Origin: an uncultured Flavobacteriales bacterium
GTDB lineage: Bacteria > Bacteroidota > Bacteroidia > Flavobacteriales > UBA1820
NCBI GenBank assembly: GCA_959608625.1
Contig: CAUHQV010000007.1
Location: 589 to 64,588 of the forward strand
Direction: 5' to 3'
Length of the DNA: 64,000 bases
In this document: positions 35,469-44,004 of the stretch, in pieces
How positions within the stretch are numbered: position 1 is the stretch's first letter
How the letters are laid out: every line of letters begins with the position of its first letter
Program-made: the position numbers and the translations under genes
Notes under the pieces: model-generated
Told to the model about the DNA's origin: nothing
Databases searched by the model: none
What the model saw: only the letters and a program-made list of their open reading frames with translations

Positions 35469-36438
35469 GGGGTGGAGAACGTGGGGATTGTGGGTGGCGG
35501 CCATTCTGCTGCCGGCAGTCGCGTATGCCCAAAGCACTCCTACCCTCAAATGGTCTACGGACACGACCAAGATCCGGATCGGCGAACAGGTAAAACTGAA
35601 CCTCGAAGTCCGGGCGCCCAAGGACGCGCTGATCGATTTTCCCAGTCTGCAGTTCAAAAGCGACAGCATGGAGGTAGTAGACCGTTCAAAAATAGACACA
35701 TCCTACAAAAAGAACGAAGCCATATACCGCATCGTATACAGCCTTACTTCGTTTGAAAAAGGGAAATACATCGTTCCTCCCATTCAGGTAAGAGCCGGCG
35801 AAGAAATCCTTTCCACCGAATCTTTCAAGATAGACGTCGCCACTGTACCCGTCGATACGCTGCGGCAGCCCCGGTACGGGATCAAAGACATACACCCCGA
35901 TCCGTACACGGCGGGCGAGATTTTCCGGAAATACTACTGGATATTCATTGTCCTGGCCATCGCAGCGTTACTCGCCTGGGAAATATGGCGGCTTGCCAAG
36001 CGCCGCCGGGAAAAGAAACTCCCCCCGGAAATGCTGCTCAGCCCTTACGAGCGCGCCAAATTCCGTCTGGACCGCCTGGACCGGGAAAAACTGATCGAAA
36101 AAGGACAGGTAAAGGATTTCTACATCGAACTGACGGACGTGATCCGCCTTTATCTGGACGAACAATACGGCATACCGGCCCCTGAAAGCACATCCGAAGA
36201 AACACTGCGCGACGTGCGCAAACTTCATCTGAGCAAAGAACAGTACGGCAAACTCCGCGACCTGCTGCTGGATGCCGACCTGGTGAAGTTCGCCAAAATG
36301 TTCCCCGGCGGATCGGAAAACGAACGGTACCGGAAATACGCCGAAGAAATCGTAGATTCCCTGCGGCCACAGGAAAATCCGGAAGGAAAGGTCGCGGAAA
36401 ACGAACAAAAACGAAAAGAAGAAAATGTCGGAGAGTAG
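35425..36438 (+). CDS. Bat-operon membrane protein with BatD-like architecture (DUF4381-like TM region)
   Basis: 337 aa. It has a signal-like N-terminus (WVAAILLPAVAYAQ), a beta-rich ectodomain, one TM (YYWIFIVLAIAALLAWEIW) followed by RLAKRRREKK, and a helical tail. The start is uncertain. ATG 35425 overlaps the DUF58 gene by 44 nt, and in-frame TTG 35488 or GTG 35494 are alternatives. Confidence 0.7.
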   Translation: MIMPNSYSDISACAKGWRTWGLWVAAILLPAVAYAQSTPTLKWSTDTTKIRIGEQVKLNLEVRAPKDALIDFPSLQFKSDSMEVVDRSKIDTSYKKNEAIYRIVYSLTSFEKGKYIVPPIQVRAGEEILSTESFKIDVATVPVDTLRQPRYGIKDIHPDPYTAGEIFRKYYWIFIVLAIAALLAWEIWRLAKRRREKKLPPEMLLSPYERAKFRLDRLDREKLIEKGQVKDFYIELTDVIRLYLDEQYGIPAPESTSEETLRDVRKLHLSKEQYGKLRDLLLDADLVKFAKMFPGGSENERYRKYAEEIVDSLRPQENPEGKVAENEQKRKEENVGE

Positions 36439-37432
36439 TTTCGAAATAGCAAACAAAGGGTTCTTCTGGCTCCTGCTGCTCATCCCCCTTCTGGTGGCAT
36501 ACCTGTGGTGGCGGGGCAACCGGCTGTACCCTTATCTGAAAATATCCAGCATCCGCGGCTTCGTATTGGCCGACGACTACCTGTCTAAAACCCGACCCGT
36601 GCTCTGGGTGCTGCGTATGGCCGTTATCGCCTGTGTTGTGGTAGCGATGACTCGGCCCCGCGGGGTGGAAGTGAGTTCGCAGACCCACGCCGGCCTCGGT
36701 GTGGATATTGTGATGTCGATAGACCTTTCGGGTTCGATGCTGGCGCGCGACTTCAAACCGTCCCGCCTGGATGCGCTCAAGAAAGTGGCCACCGAATTCG
36801 CCGAAGGCCGGCCGGGAGACCGCATCGGCATCGTGACCTACGCCACGGAGAGTTTTACACAGACCCCGCTCACTACGGATAAGCGCATTATCGTGCAAAC
36901 CATCCAGGGGCTCCGGCAGGGACTGATCGGGGAAACGACCGCCATCGGCATGGGGCTCGGTACGGCCATCAACCGCCTGAAGGACTCCGAAGCCAAAAGC
37001 AAGGTCATCATCCTGCTCACCGATGGGGTGAACAACGATGGATTCGTCGACCCGCGCACCGTAGCGGAAGTCGCCAAAAAACTGGGCATAAAAGTCTATA
37101 CCATCGGCATCGGAACCAACGGCCTGGCTGACTATCCAGTGGCCCGCGACCAGCGGACGGGAAAACTGATCTACCAGAAGATCCCGGTGGAGATAGACGA
37201 ACAACTGATGCGCGAGATCGCCGCCACTACCGGCGGGAAATATTTCCGGGCTACCGACGAGAACAAGCTCAAGGATATTTACAAAGAGATCGACTCCCTG
37301 GAAAAAAGCAAAGTGGAAGAGACCAAGTATTACAATTACAACGAGATGTTCCGCTCCTGGCTGTTGGCCGCCCTGCTTCTTTTCCTGCTGGAAGCGACCT
37401 TGCGCGGTACGGTTTATAAAGGGATTGTATAA
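36425..37432 (+). CDS. batA: vWA-domain membrane protein BatA
   Basis: 335 aa with N-terminal TM helices, the MIDAS motif IDLSGSM, LLTDGVNN and a C-terminal TM. It overlaps the upstream gene by 14 nt. Confidence 0.88.
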   Translation: MSESSFEIANKGFFWLLLLIPLLVAYLWWRGNRLYPYLKISSIRGFVLADDYLSKTRPVLWVLRMAVIACVVVAMTRPRGVEVSSQTHAGLGVDIVMSIDLSGSMLARDFKPSRLDALKKVATEFAEGRPGDRIGIVTYATESFTQTPLTTDKRIIVQTIQGLRQGLIGETTAIGMGLGTAINRLKDSEAKSKVIILLTDGVNNDGFVDPRTVAEVAKKLGIKVYTIGIGTNGLADYPVARDQRTGKLIYQKIPVEIDEQLMREIAATTGGKYFRATDENKLKDIYKEIDSLEKSKVEETKYYNYNEMFRSWLLAALLLFLLEATLRGTVYKGIV

Positions 37433-37455
37433 ACGTTAGATAGAAGGCTGAAAAA

Positions 37456-38514
37456 ATGTACGAACTGGACAGACCCGCATACCTGCAACTCCTGCTTCTG
37501 ATCCCTCTTTTGTGGATCCTGTTCGCCTATGTACTGCGGTACCGGCGGAAAAAACAGCAGGCGCTTGCCTCTTCGCGGCTTATGATGATACTCGCCCCGT
37601 ACAAAAGCACGTCGGCGCTGGCATGGAAGACTATCCTGTATACTTTCGTGATCCTCCTGCTCACCCTGGCGCTGGTAAACCCCCGCATCGGCACCCGGAT
37701 CGAAAAAATAAAGGTTCAGGGATCGGATATCGTCTTTGCCCTCGACGTATCGCTCTCGATGAAGGCCGAAGACGTAGCCCCCAACCGGTTGGACAAGGCA
37801 AAGCAGATCATCTCCCGAACCATAGACAACCTGGGCGGCGACCGGGTGGGCATCATCGCTTATGCCGGCAGCGCTTATCCCCTGCTCCCTATTACCAGCG
37901 ACTATTCCGCCGCTAAGATGTTCCTGGCTACCGCAGATCCGTCGATGGTCTCCTCGCAGGGTACGTCCATCGGCGAAGCGATCGGCCTGTCGTGGCGCTA
38001 CTTTGACGACCCTTCGGTCAAGAACAAACTGCTGGTCATTATTTCGGACGGTGAAGACCACCGGGAAGACCTCAACGCGGTAGACGTAGCCAAAACCTCG
38101 GCTGAAAAAGGAGTAAAGATCTATACGGTCGGTGTGGGGACAGCCCAAGGCGGCCCCATACCCCTGCGGGAAAAAGGCATCGTGACCGGATATAAGAAAG
38201 ACATCGAGGGCAATGTGGTAGTGACCAAGGCCGACCAAACGATGCTCAATGACATTGCCAAGGCTGCTTCCGGACAATACATAGACGGAACATCCACATC
38301 GGCTGTGGTCGAAAAGATCACCGACCTCCTGGGCAAAGGCCCCAAGAACGATTACGGAGAGACGGAGATCGTGCAATATAAAGACCGGTACCAATGGTTT
38401 GCCGGGGCAGCGCTTTTGCTGTTGGTATTGGATACCGTGCTCGGGTTCCGGCGCAGTCGCCTGATGAGCCGGTACAACCTTTTCGGCGAAGAAAAACCGG
38501 AAGAAGAGGATTAA
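37456..38514 (+). CDS. batB: vWA-domain membrane protein BatB
   Basis: 352 aa with the MIDAS motif LDVSLSM, VIISDGEDH and a C-terminal TM. Confidence 0.88.
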   Translation: MYELDRPAYLQLLLLIPLLWILFAYVLRYRRKKQQALASSRLMMILAPYKSTSALAWKTILYTFVILLLTLALVNPRIGTRIEKIKVQGSDIVFALDVSLSMKAEDVAPNRLDKAKQIISRTIDNLGGDRVGIIAYAGSAYPLLPITSDYSAAKMFLATADPSMVSSQGTSIGEAIGLSWRYFDDPSVKNKLLVIISDGEDHREDLNAVDVAKTSAEKGVKIYTVGVGTAQGGPIPLREKGIVTGYKKDIEGNVVVTKADQTMLNDIAKAASGQYIDGTSTSAVVEKITDLLGKGPKNDYGETEIVQYKDRYQWFAGAALLLLVLDTVLGFRRSRLMSRYNLFGEEKPEEED

Positions 38515-38526
38515 AAAACGATAGAT

Positions 38527-39351
38527 ATGAGATTCGGATCAGCGACATATACGATTTTTGTTTTGGCAGCCTTATTTCTGCTCCCGGGAAACGCTTGGGC
38601 ACAGAATAAGAATAACCTGGCCAAAAAAGACTTTCTGCAAAAAGGGAACAAAATGTACAAAAAAGCGGAGTATGAACTGGCAGACTCCCTGTACATGAAC
38701 GCCATAGCCGTAGACACCACTTACGCAGCCGGTTGGTACAACCTGGGAAATTCCCTTTATCTGGGCGGGGAGGGCGACAAGGCCAAATCCTCCTGGACAA
38801 AATCCCTGATGAATACTCCGGAAGGAGGGGACCGATCGGATATCCTGTACAACCTGGGGGGAGTAGAAATGGACAAGAAAAATTACGCCGAAGCCATCAA
38901 ACTGTACAAGGATGCGTTGCGCCGTAACCCGGCCGACGAACAAGCCCGGTACAACCTCGCATTGGCCCAGCAGTTGCTGAAAGACCAGCAACAACCGAAT
39001 CAGGATCAGAACCAAAATCAGAATAACGACCAGAACAAGGACGACAACCAAAATCAGAATAACGACCAAAACAAGGACGACAACCAAAATAACAACGACC
39101 AGAACAAGGACGACAACCAAAATAACAACGACCAGAACAAGGACGACAACCAAAATAACAACGACCAGAACAAGGACGACAACCCGAATAATCAGGGCGG
39201 TGGCTCTTCTGGGCAAAATACCCCTCAGCAATTATCTCAATCCGATGAACAGATGCTGCGTGCGATAGACCGCCAGGAACAGGGGACTCAGGAAAAAGTA
39301 AAGGGAGAAAAAACGGAAGGGGCCGTCATCCACACCACCAAAGACTGGTAA
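38527..39351 (+). CDS. batC: TPR-repeat protein BatC with an Asn/Gln/Asp-rich repeat tail
   Basis: 274 aa with a signal peptide, TPR motifs (AGWYNLGNSLY, ILYNLGGVEM, ARYNLALA) and then (NQNNNDQNKDD)n. Confidence 0.85.
   Translation: MRFGSATYTIFVLAALFLLPGNAWAQNKNNLAKKDFLQKGNKMYKKAEYELADSLYMNAIAVDTTYAAGWYNLGNSLYLGGEGDKAKSSWTKSLMNTPEGGDRSDILYNLGGVEMDKKNYAEAIKLYKDALRRNPADEQARYNLALAQQLLKDQQQPNQDQNQNQNNDQNKDDNQNQNNDQNKDDNQNNNDQNKDDNQNNNDQNKDDNQNNNDQNKDDNPNNQGGGSSGQNTPQQLSQSDEQMLRAIDRQEQGTQEKVKGEKTEGAVIHTTKDW
39016..39186 (+). repeat. In-frame tandem repeat inside batC (2 x 36 bp, then 3 x 33 bp)
   Basis: Units are 39016-39051, 39052-39087, 39088-39120, 39121-39153 and 39154-39186. The first two 33-bp units are identical (AATAACAACGACCAGAACAAGGACGACAACCAA). 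The last unit differs only at its 3' end. Confidence 0.95.
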
Positions 39352-39374
39352 TCAATCCATTCTACCATACATCA

Positions 39375-41243
39375 ATGATGAAGAACAGGAGGCTTAATTT
39401 GAAAAACAGAACATTCATTACAACCTTGGCTGCGACAGTGCTGTTCGCTTTGTCTCTCTGCGCACTTCCGGTTCATGCGCAACAGGACGGCCAGCCTGTA
39501 ACGGTCAATGTGTCAAAGAAGAAAATGGCCGTCAATGAAAACCTGACTGTGGAAATTTCCACCTCCATGCCGATAGATCAGGATTACTTCGCCGGGCCTG
39601 CATTCAAGGATTTCGTGATCCTTTCGGGCCCCAATTTCATGCGGAGCATGGTAGCCAATTATGTGAACGGACAAAGCCGGACAGAACAAAAAACCTCAAT
39701 TACTTATCTGGTTCAACCGAAAAAAGAAGGAACGCTGTATATAGAACCGGCTATGATAAGCGTGAAAGGGAAAAAACACCAGACCCCACGTATCGCTATC
39801 GAAGTAGGCAAAGCTATCGAAGGCCAACAAACGGCACAGCGGATGTCCAATCCGACAGCGTCGGCCCGGGAAAACATCCACCTGGTAGCCGAAGTGTCCG
39901 ACCGAAACCCTTACGTGGGAGAACCTTTTACCGTTACGTACAAATTATACTACCGGATGAATATCGGCCGGTTGTCCGTCAATCAGGTTCCCAAATTCGA
40001 TACTTTCTGGACTCAGGTCTATACCGAAGCGGATATCCCCGAAAACAAAATGGAAAACCAGGGTTATTACCGCGATGAGCTTTATCATGTGATCACGTAT
40101 TACAAAGTCCTGTTAATTCCTCAGAAAGAAGGCCGTCAAACGATCCAGCCTCTTTCATTGAGTATGCTCGCCGAAGTAGGCACCGGACAATATGACTACT
40201 GGGGCGACGAGATTACCCGGACAGCCCCCTATTCCATATCCAGTGCCCCGATCGAAATAAGTGTGCATGCTCTCCCTTTGAAAGACCGTCCGGAGAATTT
40301 CAGCGGCGGTGTCGGGCAATTCACGATGAAAACTTCTTTGTCCAAGTCGGAAGTAAATACCGGAGAATCGGCCACACTCACGATCGACGTGCGGGGCACG
40401 GGAAATATCTCCCAAATCCGGATGCCGGAACCGACTTTCCCGGCCGAAATAGAGCGCTACGATCCAAAACTACAAACCTCTACCTCGCTAGCCACTGTCG
40501 GCCTCCGCGGTTCGCTCAACGAGCAATTCGTCCTTATCCCCCGCGTAAAAGGAGAATACAAGATCCCCGAAATCGAATTTTCTTATTTCGATCCCGATGC
40601 GGGAAAATACGTTACCCTGCATGCCGAAGAAACAATCTTGAAAGTATCGGGCGAAGACATTACCAGCCAATCGGCCGCTCAGCGCCCGGGGCCGAAAGCC
40701 GCCGAGAAAACTAACGTCAATTACCTGAATACCGACATCGGCTTTATCCGGCTGAACACTGACTTGAAGCCCGCCTCCTACCAGCCGTTCTACGATCGTT
40801 TTTGGTATACGCTATTGTTTGTATTACCCCTGGCATTGATCCCCCTGCTCTTGCTTAAGCGCCTCTACGATGCCTCGGTAGACCGGAATTCCCCGCAGGC
40901 AAAGGCAAAAAAAGCGGCCCATGCGGCACGTGTGCGCCTAAGCAAAGCAAAAAAAGCCCTCGACCGAAAGGATTACCAGGCATTCTATTACGAGACGGAA
41001 AAAGCGTTGTACAGTTTCATTTCCGACAAGTTGAAACTCTCCCGCAAGGACGCCTCCATCGACCGGATTCATAAAGAGGTGATTGCCCACGGAGCGGAAG
41101 ATTCGGTTGCACAGGAGCTTATCGATGCACTCGAAGCTTGCAACCAAGCGCGTTACGCCGGATTCGCTCCCTCTCAGGCCGAAACGGATTACCAGATTGC
41201 CGCTAAAGCCATTGTGAACGTCAATAAAAGTATAAAAGGCTAA
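39375..41243 (+). CDS. batD: BatD (oxygen-tolerance protein)
   Basis: 622 aa with a signal peptide, a long beta-rich ectodomain, a late TM (FWYTLLFVLPLALIPLLLL) and a helical tail. Position and architecture match BatD. Confidence 0.85.
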   Translation: MMKNRRLNLKNRTFITTLAATVLFALSLCALPVHAQQDGQPVTVNVSKKKMAVNENLTVEISTSMPIDQDYFAGPAFKDFVILSGPNFMRSMVANYVNGQSRTEQKTSITYLVQPKKEGTLYIEPAMISVKGKKHQTPRIAIEVGKAIEGQQTAQRMSNPTASARENIHLVAEVSDRNPYVGEPFTVTYKLYYRMNIGRLSVNQVPKFDTFWTQVYTEADIPENKMENQGYYRDELYHVITYYKVLLIPQKEGRQTIQPLSLSMLAEVGTGQYDYWGDEITRTAPYSISSAPIEISVHALPLKDRPENFSGGVGQFTMKTSLSKSEVNTGESATLTIDVRGTGNISQIRMPEPTFPAEIERYDPKLQTSTSLATVGLRGSLNEQFVLIPRVKGEYKIPEIEFSYFDPDAGKYVTLHAEETILKVSGEDITSQSAAQRPGPKAAEKTNVNYLNTDIGFIRLNTDLKPASYQPFYDRFWYTLLFVLPLALIPLLLLKRLYDASVDRNSPQAKAKKAAHAARVRLSKAKKALDRKDYQAFYYETEKALYSFISDKLKLSRKDASIDRIHKEVIAHGAEDSVAQELIDALEACNQARYAGFAPSQAETDYQIAAKAIVNVNKSIKG

Positions 41244-41249
41244 AAGACC

Positions 41250-42041
41250 ATGAAAAATACGATCAAAAATATCCGCCGGCCCTTTTTTCTTTTCTGCCTG
41301 TCGATGATCGCCATAGGCCTTTCGCCGGTCGCCGCTTCCGGACAGACCCCTACGGCTCTGTTCCAACAGGCTAACAAGGACTACCAAAATTCGGATTTCA
41401 AACAGGCCGCCGAAAAATACGATTCGCTGATAAGGATAGGATACAAATCGGCGGAATTGTACAACAACCTGGGCAACGCATATTACCGCTTGGGATACAT
41501 CGCGCCTACCATCCTGGCCTATGAGCGGGCCGCCCTGCTCGCTCCGTCGGACGGCGAGATCCAGCACAACCTGAGTATCGCCCGCAGCCTGACCGTGGAT
41601 AATATAATCCCCCTCGGGGAGTCGATGTCCGGCCGGGTGATAAACAGCATCGGGGGCTCCTTGTCCATCAGCGCCTGGAGTGTGGGGGCTATCGTTTTTG
41701 CGTGGGGGGCCCTTATCCTGTTTGCCCTGTTCCTGTATAGCCTCCGCACATTTGCCAAACGGTGGGCTTTTTACGGGTTTATCCTCAGCCTGTTGCTGGG
41801 ACTCGCCTGCTACGGCCTTCAAAAGCACGAGGAAGGCCAGATAAAAGAAAATCCTTACTCCATCGTGACCGCCGCCAACGTCACAGCCAAGAGCGAGCCG
41901 AGCTTCTCGGGGGGCGATGCCTTCTCCATCCACGAAGGGACTAAAGTAGGGGTGGAAGAAACCCTGAACAAATGGACCAAAATCCGCCTGGCAGACGGAA
42001 AAATCGGATGGATACCCTCCGATGCCGCTGAAAAAATATAA
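41250..42041 (+). CDS. batE: BatE (TPR + TM + C-terminal SH3b domain)
   Basis: 263 aa with TPR motifs (AELYNNLGNAYYRLG), two TM helices and an SH3-like C-terminus (WTKIRLADGKIGWIPSDA). Confidence 0.85.
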   Translation: MKNTIKNIRRPFFLFCLSMIAIGLSPVAASGQTPTALFQQANKDYQNSDFKQAAEKYDSLIRIGYKSAELYNNLGNAYYRLGYIAPTILAYERAALLAPSDGEIQHNLSIARSLTVDNIIPLGESMSGRVINSIGGSLSISAWSVGAIVFAWGALILFALFLYSLRTFAKRWAFYGFILSLLLGLACYGLQKHEEGQIKENPYSIVTAANVTAKSEPSFSGGDAFSIHEGTKVGVEETLNKWTKIRLADGKIGWIPSDAAEKI

Positions 42042-42062
42042 GTTATTCAAATCTTCCCCGAC

Positions 42063-42093
42063 AAAAAATGGCGCTGTATTACAGCGCCATTTT
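42063..42093. terminator. Bidirectional terminator between batE (+) and the HAD gene (-), overlapping the last HAD codons
   Basis: AAAATGGCGCTGT-att-ACAGCGCCATTTT. Confidence 0.85.
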
Positions 42094-42726
42094 ATCTTCG
42101 AATTCTTCCAGACCATGCAATTTCAGATCGGCTATCCCGTAGCGCGGATCGTCGAACATCCCCGACTCGGGGACAGCGATACATTTGCACCGGGCCGCCT
42201 TGGCCGCCAGTACCCCGCTGACGGAATCCTCGAATACCAAGCATTCCTGCGGTTCTACTCCCAGCAGAGATGCACAAAGCAGGTAGATCTCCGGGTGGGG
42301 TTTACCATACCGGACTTCGTCCCCGGTGCATACGGCATCTAATTTATCCCCTATCCCGATGCGGCGGATAAAATTGGCGGCCACTTCCCGGGGGGTTGAT
42401 GTGGCCAGTCCGAGTTTCAGGCCCTTTCGGCCGGCGGCGTCGAGTATCCGGTCGATCCCCGGCATTATCCGGCCATGAGCCAACACCAATTCGCTTACCC
42501 GGTCGCAGATAGCCTTGTCGAGCTTCTCGGCCGTCCAATCCGCGGCCGGGTGCTGGCCGCGTACCTGACGGACAATATCACCTATCCGTACTCCCTGCGT
42601 TTTAGCGGCTTCCTGCTCGCTGTAAGGAATCCCCGCTTGGGTGAAAACCTCGGTCATGGCCTGCCGCCACGAAGGTTCGGAGTCTATCAGCACTCCGTCC
42701 ATATCGAATATGACGGCCTTTACCAT
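42079..42726 (-). CDS. HAD-superfamily phosphatase (beta-phosphoglucomutase/hexitol-phosphatase-like, subfamily IA)
   Basis: Trimmed to MVKAVIFDMDGVLIDSEP (DxDG motif I). Also LATST (motif II) and FEDSVSG (motif IV). Confidence 0.85.
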   Translation of the reverse strand: MVKAVIFDMDGVLIDSEPSWRQAMTEVFTQAGIPYSEQEAAKTQGVRIGDIVRQVRGQHPAADWTAEKLDKAICDRVSELVLAHGRIMPGIDRILDAAGRKGLKLGLATSTPREVAANFIRRIGIGDKLDAVCTGDEVRYGKPHPEIYLLCASLLGVEPQECLVFEDSVSGVLAAKAARCKCIAVPESGMFDDPRYGIADLKLHGLEEFEDKMAL

Positions 42727-42728
42727 GT

Positions 42729-43829
42729 TCAGCCTTTTATCATCGCGATGAACTGGTCGAAAAGGTAGGAAGCGTCGTGCGGCCCGGGGCCTGCCTCCGG
42801 GTGATACTGTACCGAAAAGCACTTTTTGCCTTTCAGGCGTATTCCGGCTACCGTATGGTCGTTCAGGTGTTCGTGCGTGATCTCGATCTTATCGGAGGCT
42901 TCGGCCTGCTCGCGGTTTACGACGAAACCGTGGTTCTGAGAAGTGATCTCCCCTTTTCCCGTTTCAAAGTTCATCACCGGATGGTTGATCCCGCGATGCC
43001 CATTATGCATTTTATAGGTCTCTATTCCCTGCGACAAGGCGATAATTTGGTGTCCGAGACATATCCCGAAAAGGGGAAGGTTTTCCTCGATGATCTGCCG
43101 GGCCACTTCCTGTACGCCTTTCAGGGGTTCCGGATCGCCGGGGCCGTTTGACAGGAAATATCCGTCCGGATTCCACTTTTTCAGTTCCGCCAGCGGCGTA
43201 TCGTACGGGAATACCTTGATATAGCATCCTCGGCCTGCCAAATTGCGCAGGATATTCTTTTTGATGCCCAGGTCGAGAGCCGCGATCTTTACCGGGGCTT
43301 CCGGATCGCCGACAAAGTAAGGTTCTTTCGTGGATACTTTGGAAGCCAGCTCCAGCCCTTTCATATTGGGCGTTTCAGCCAGTATCTTCTTCAGAGCATC
43401 CATATCCTCCGTATGAGTGGAAATAACAGCGTTCATGGCACCTTTACTGCGGATATAACTCACCACCGCGCGCGTATCGACGTCGGTGATCGCCAGTTTA
43501 TTCTGCTGTTTGAAGTAGTCTTCCAGCGAGCCGTCCGAATCCACCCGGGAAGGGGAAAAATTGAAATTGCGGCATATCAAGCCGGCGATCTTCATCCCGT
43601 CGGATTCCACTTCATCGCTGTTCACCCCGTAGTTCCCAATATGGGCGTTGGTGGTCACCATCAACTGACCAAAGTACGAAGGGTCTGTAAATATCTCCTG
43701 ATACCCTGTCATACCGGTATTGAAGCAAAGCTCCCCGGAAGCGGTTCCTTCCACGCCTATCGATTTTCCCCAGAACAGGGTTCCGTCTTCCAATAGCAGG
43801 ACGGCATCTTTCTTATCCTGAAATTTCAT
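42729..43829 (-). CDS. carA: Carbamoyl-phosphate synthase small (glutaminase) subunit
   Basis: 366 aa. The CPSase_sm N-domain (TNAHIGNYG) and GATase triad context (GICLGHQ, HPEAGPGPHD) are present. Confidence 0.93.
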   Translation of the reverse strand: MKFQDKKDAVLLLEDGTLFWGKSIGVEGTASGELCFNTGMTGYQEIFTDPSYFGQLMVTTNAHIGNYGVNSDEVESDGMKIAGLICRNFNFSPSRVDSDGSLEDYFKQQNKLAITDVDTRAVVSYIRSKGAMNAVISTHTEDMDALKKILAETPNMKGLELASKVSTKEPYFVGDPEAPVKIAALDLGIKKNILRNLAGRGCYIKVFPYDTPLAELKKWNPDGYFLSNGPGDPEPLKGVQEVARQIIEENLPLFGICLGHQIIALSQGIETYKMHNGHRGINHPVMNFETGKGEITSQNHGFVVNREQAEASDKIEITHEHLNDHTVAGIRLKGKKCFSVQYHPEAGPGPHDASYLFDQFIAMIKG

Positions 43830-43853
43830 ATTTCCTTATATTTTTTCCGTATG

Positions 43854-43861
43854 CAAATGTA
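43854..43861 (-). promoter_or_regulatory. Candidate -7 box (TACATTTG on the minus strand) for carA
   Basis: It lies 25 nt upstream of ATG 43829, just downstream of the rplQ terminator. Confidence 0.5.
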
Positions 43862-43907
43862 CGCCGATTATGGCACATTTACACGCATGTTCCTAAATGT
43901 ATGTCCC

Positions 43908-43942
43908 AAAAAAAACGGATAAGCAAACAAGTAGCTTATCCG
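43908..43942 (-). terminator. Rho-independent terminator ending the ribosomal super-operon (after rplQ)
   Basis: CGGATAAGC-(9 nt)-GCTTATCCG at 43916-43942, followed on the minus strand by eight U (43908-43915). Confidence 0.85.
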
Positions 43943-44004
43943 TTTTTGAATATTCAAAAACGATGTTTTTTCGTTTTTTGGTGCCGGACGAATTGTTCCA
44001 AGGC

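Noticed and set aside
36038-42116. Long minus-strand ORFs antisense to batA, batB, batC and batD/E. They are 36038..37204, 37414..38394, 38572..39231 (with VVVLVLVV repeats) and 40938..42116.
   Set aside because: These are shadows of Bat genes. The VVLVLVV periodicity is just the reverse complement of the batC NQNKDD tandem repeat.
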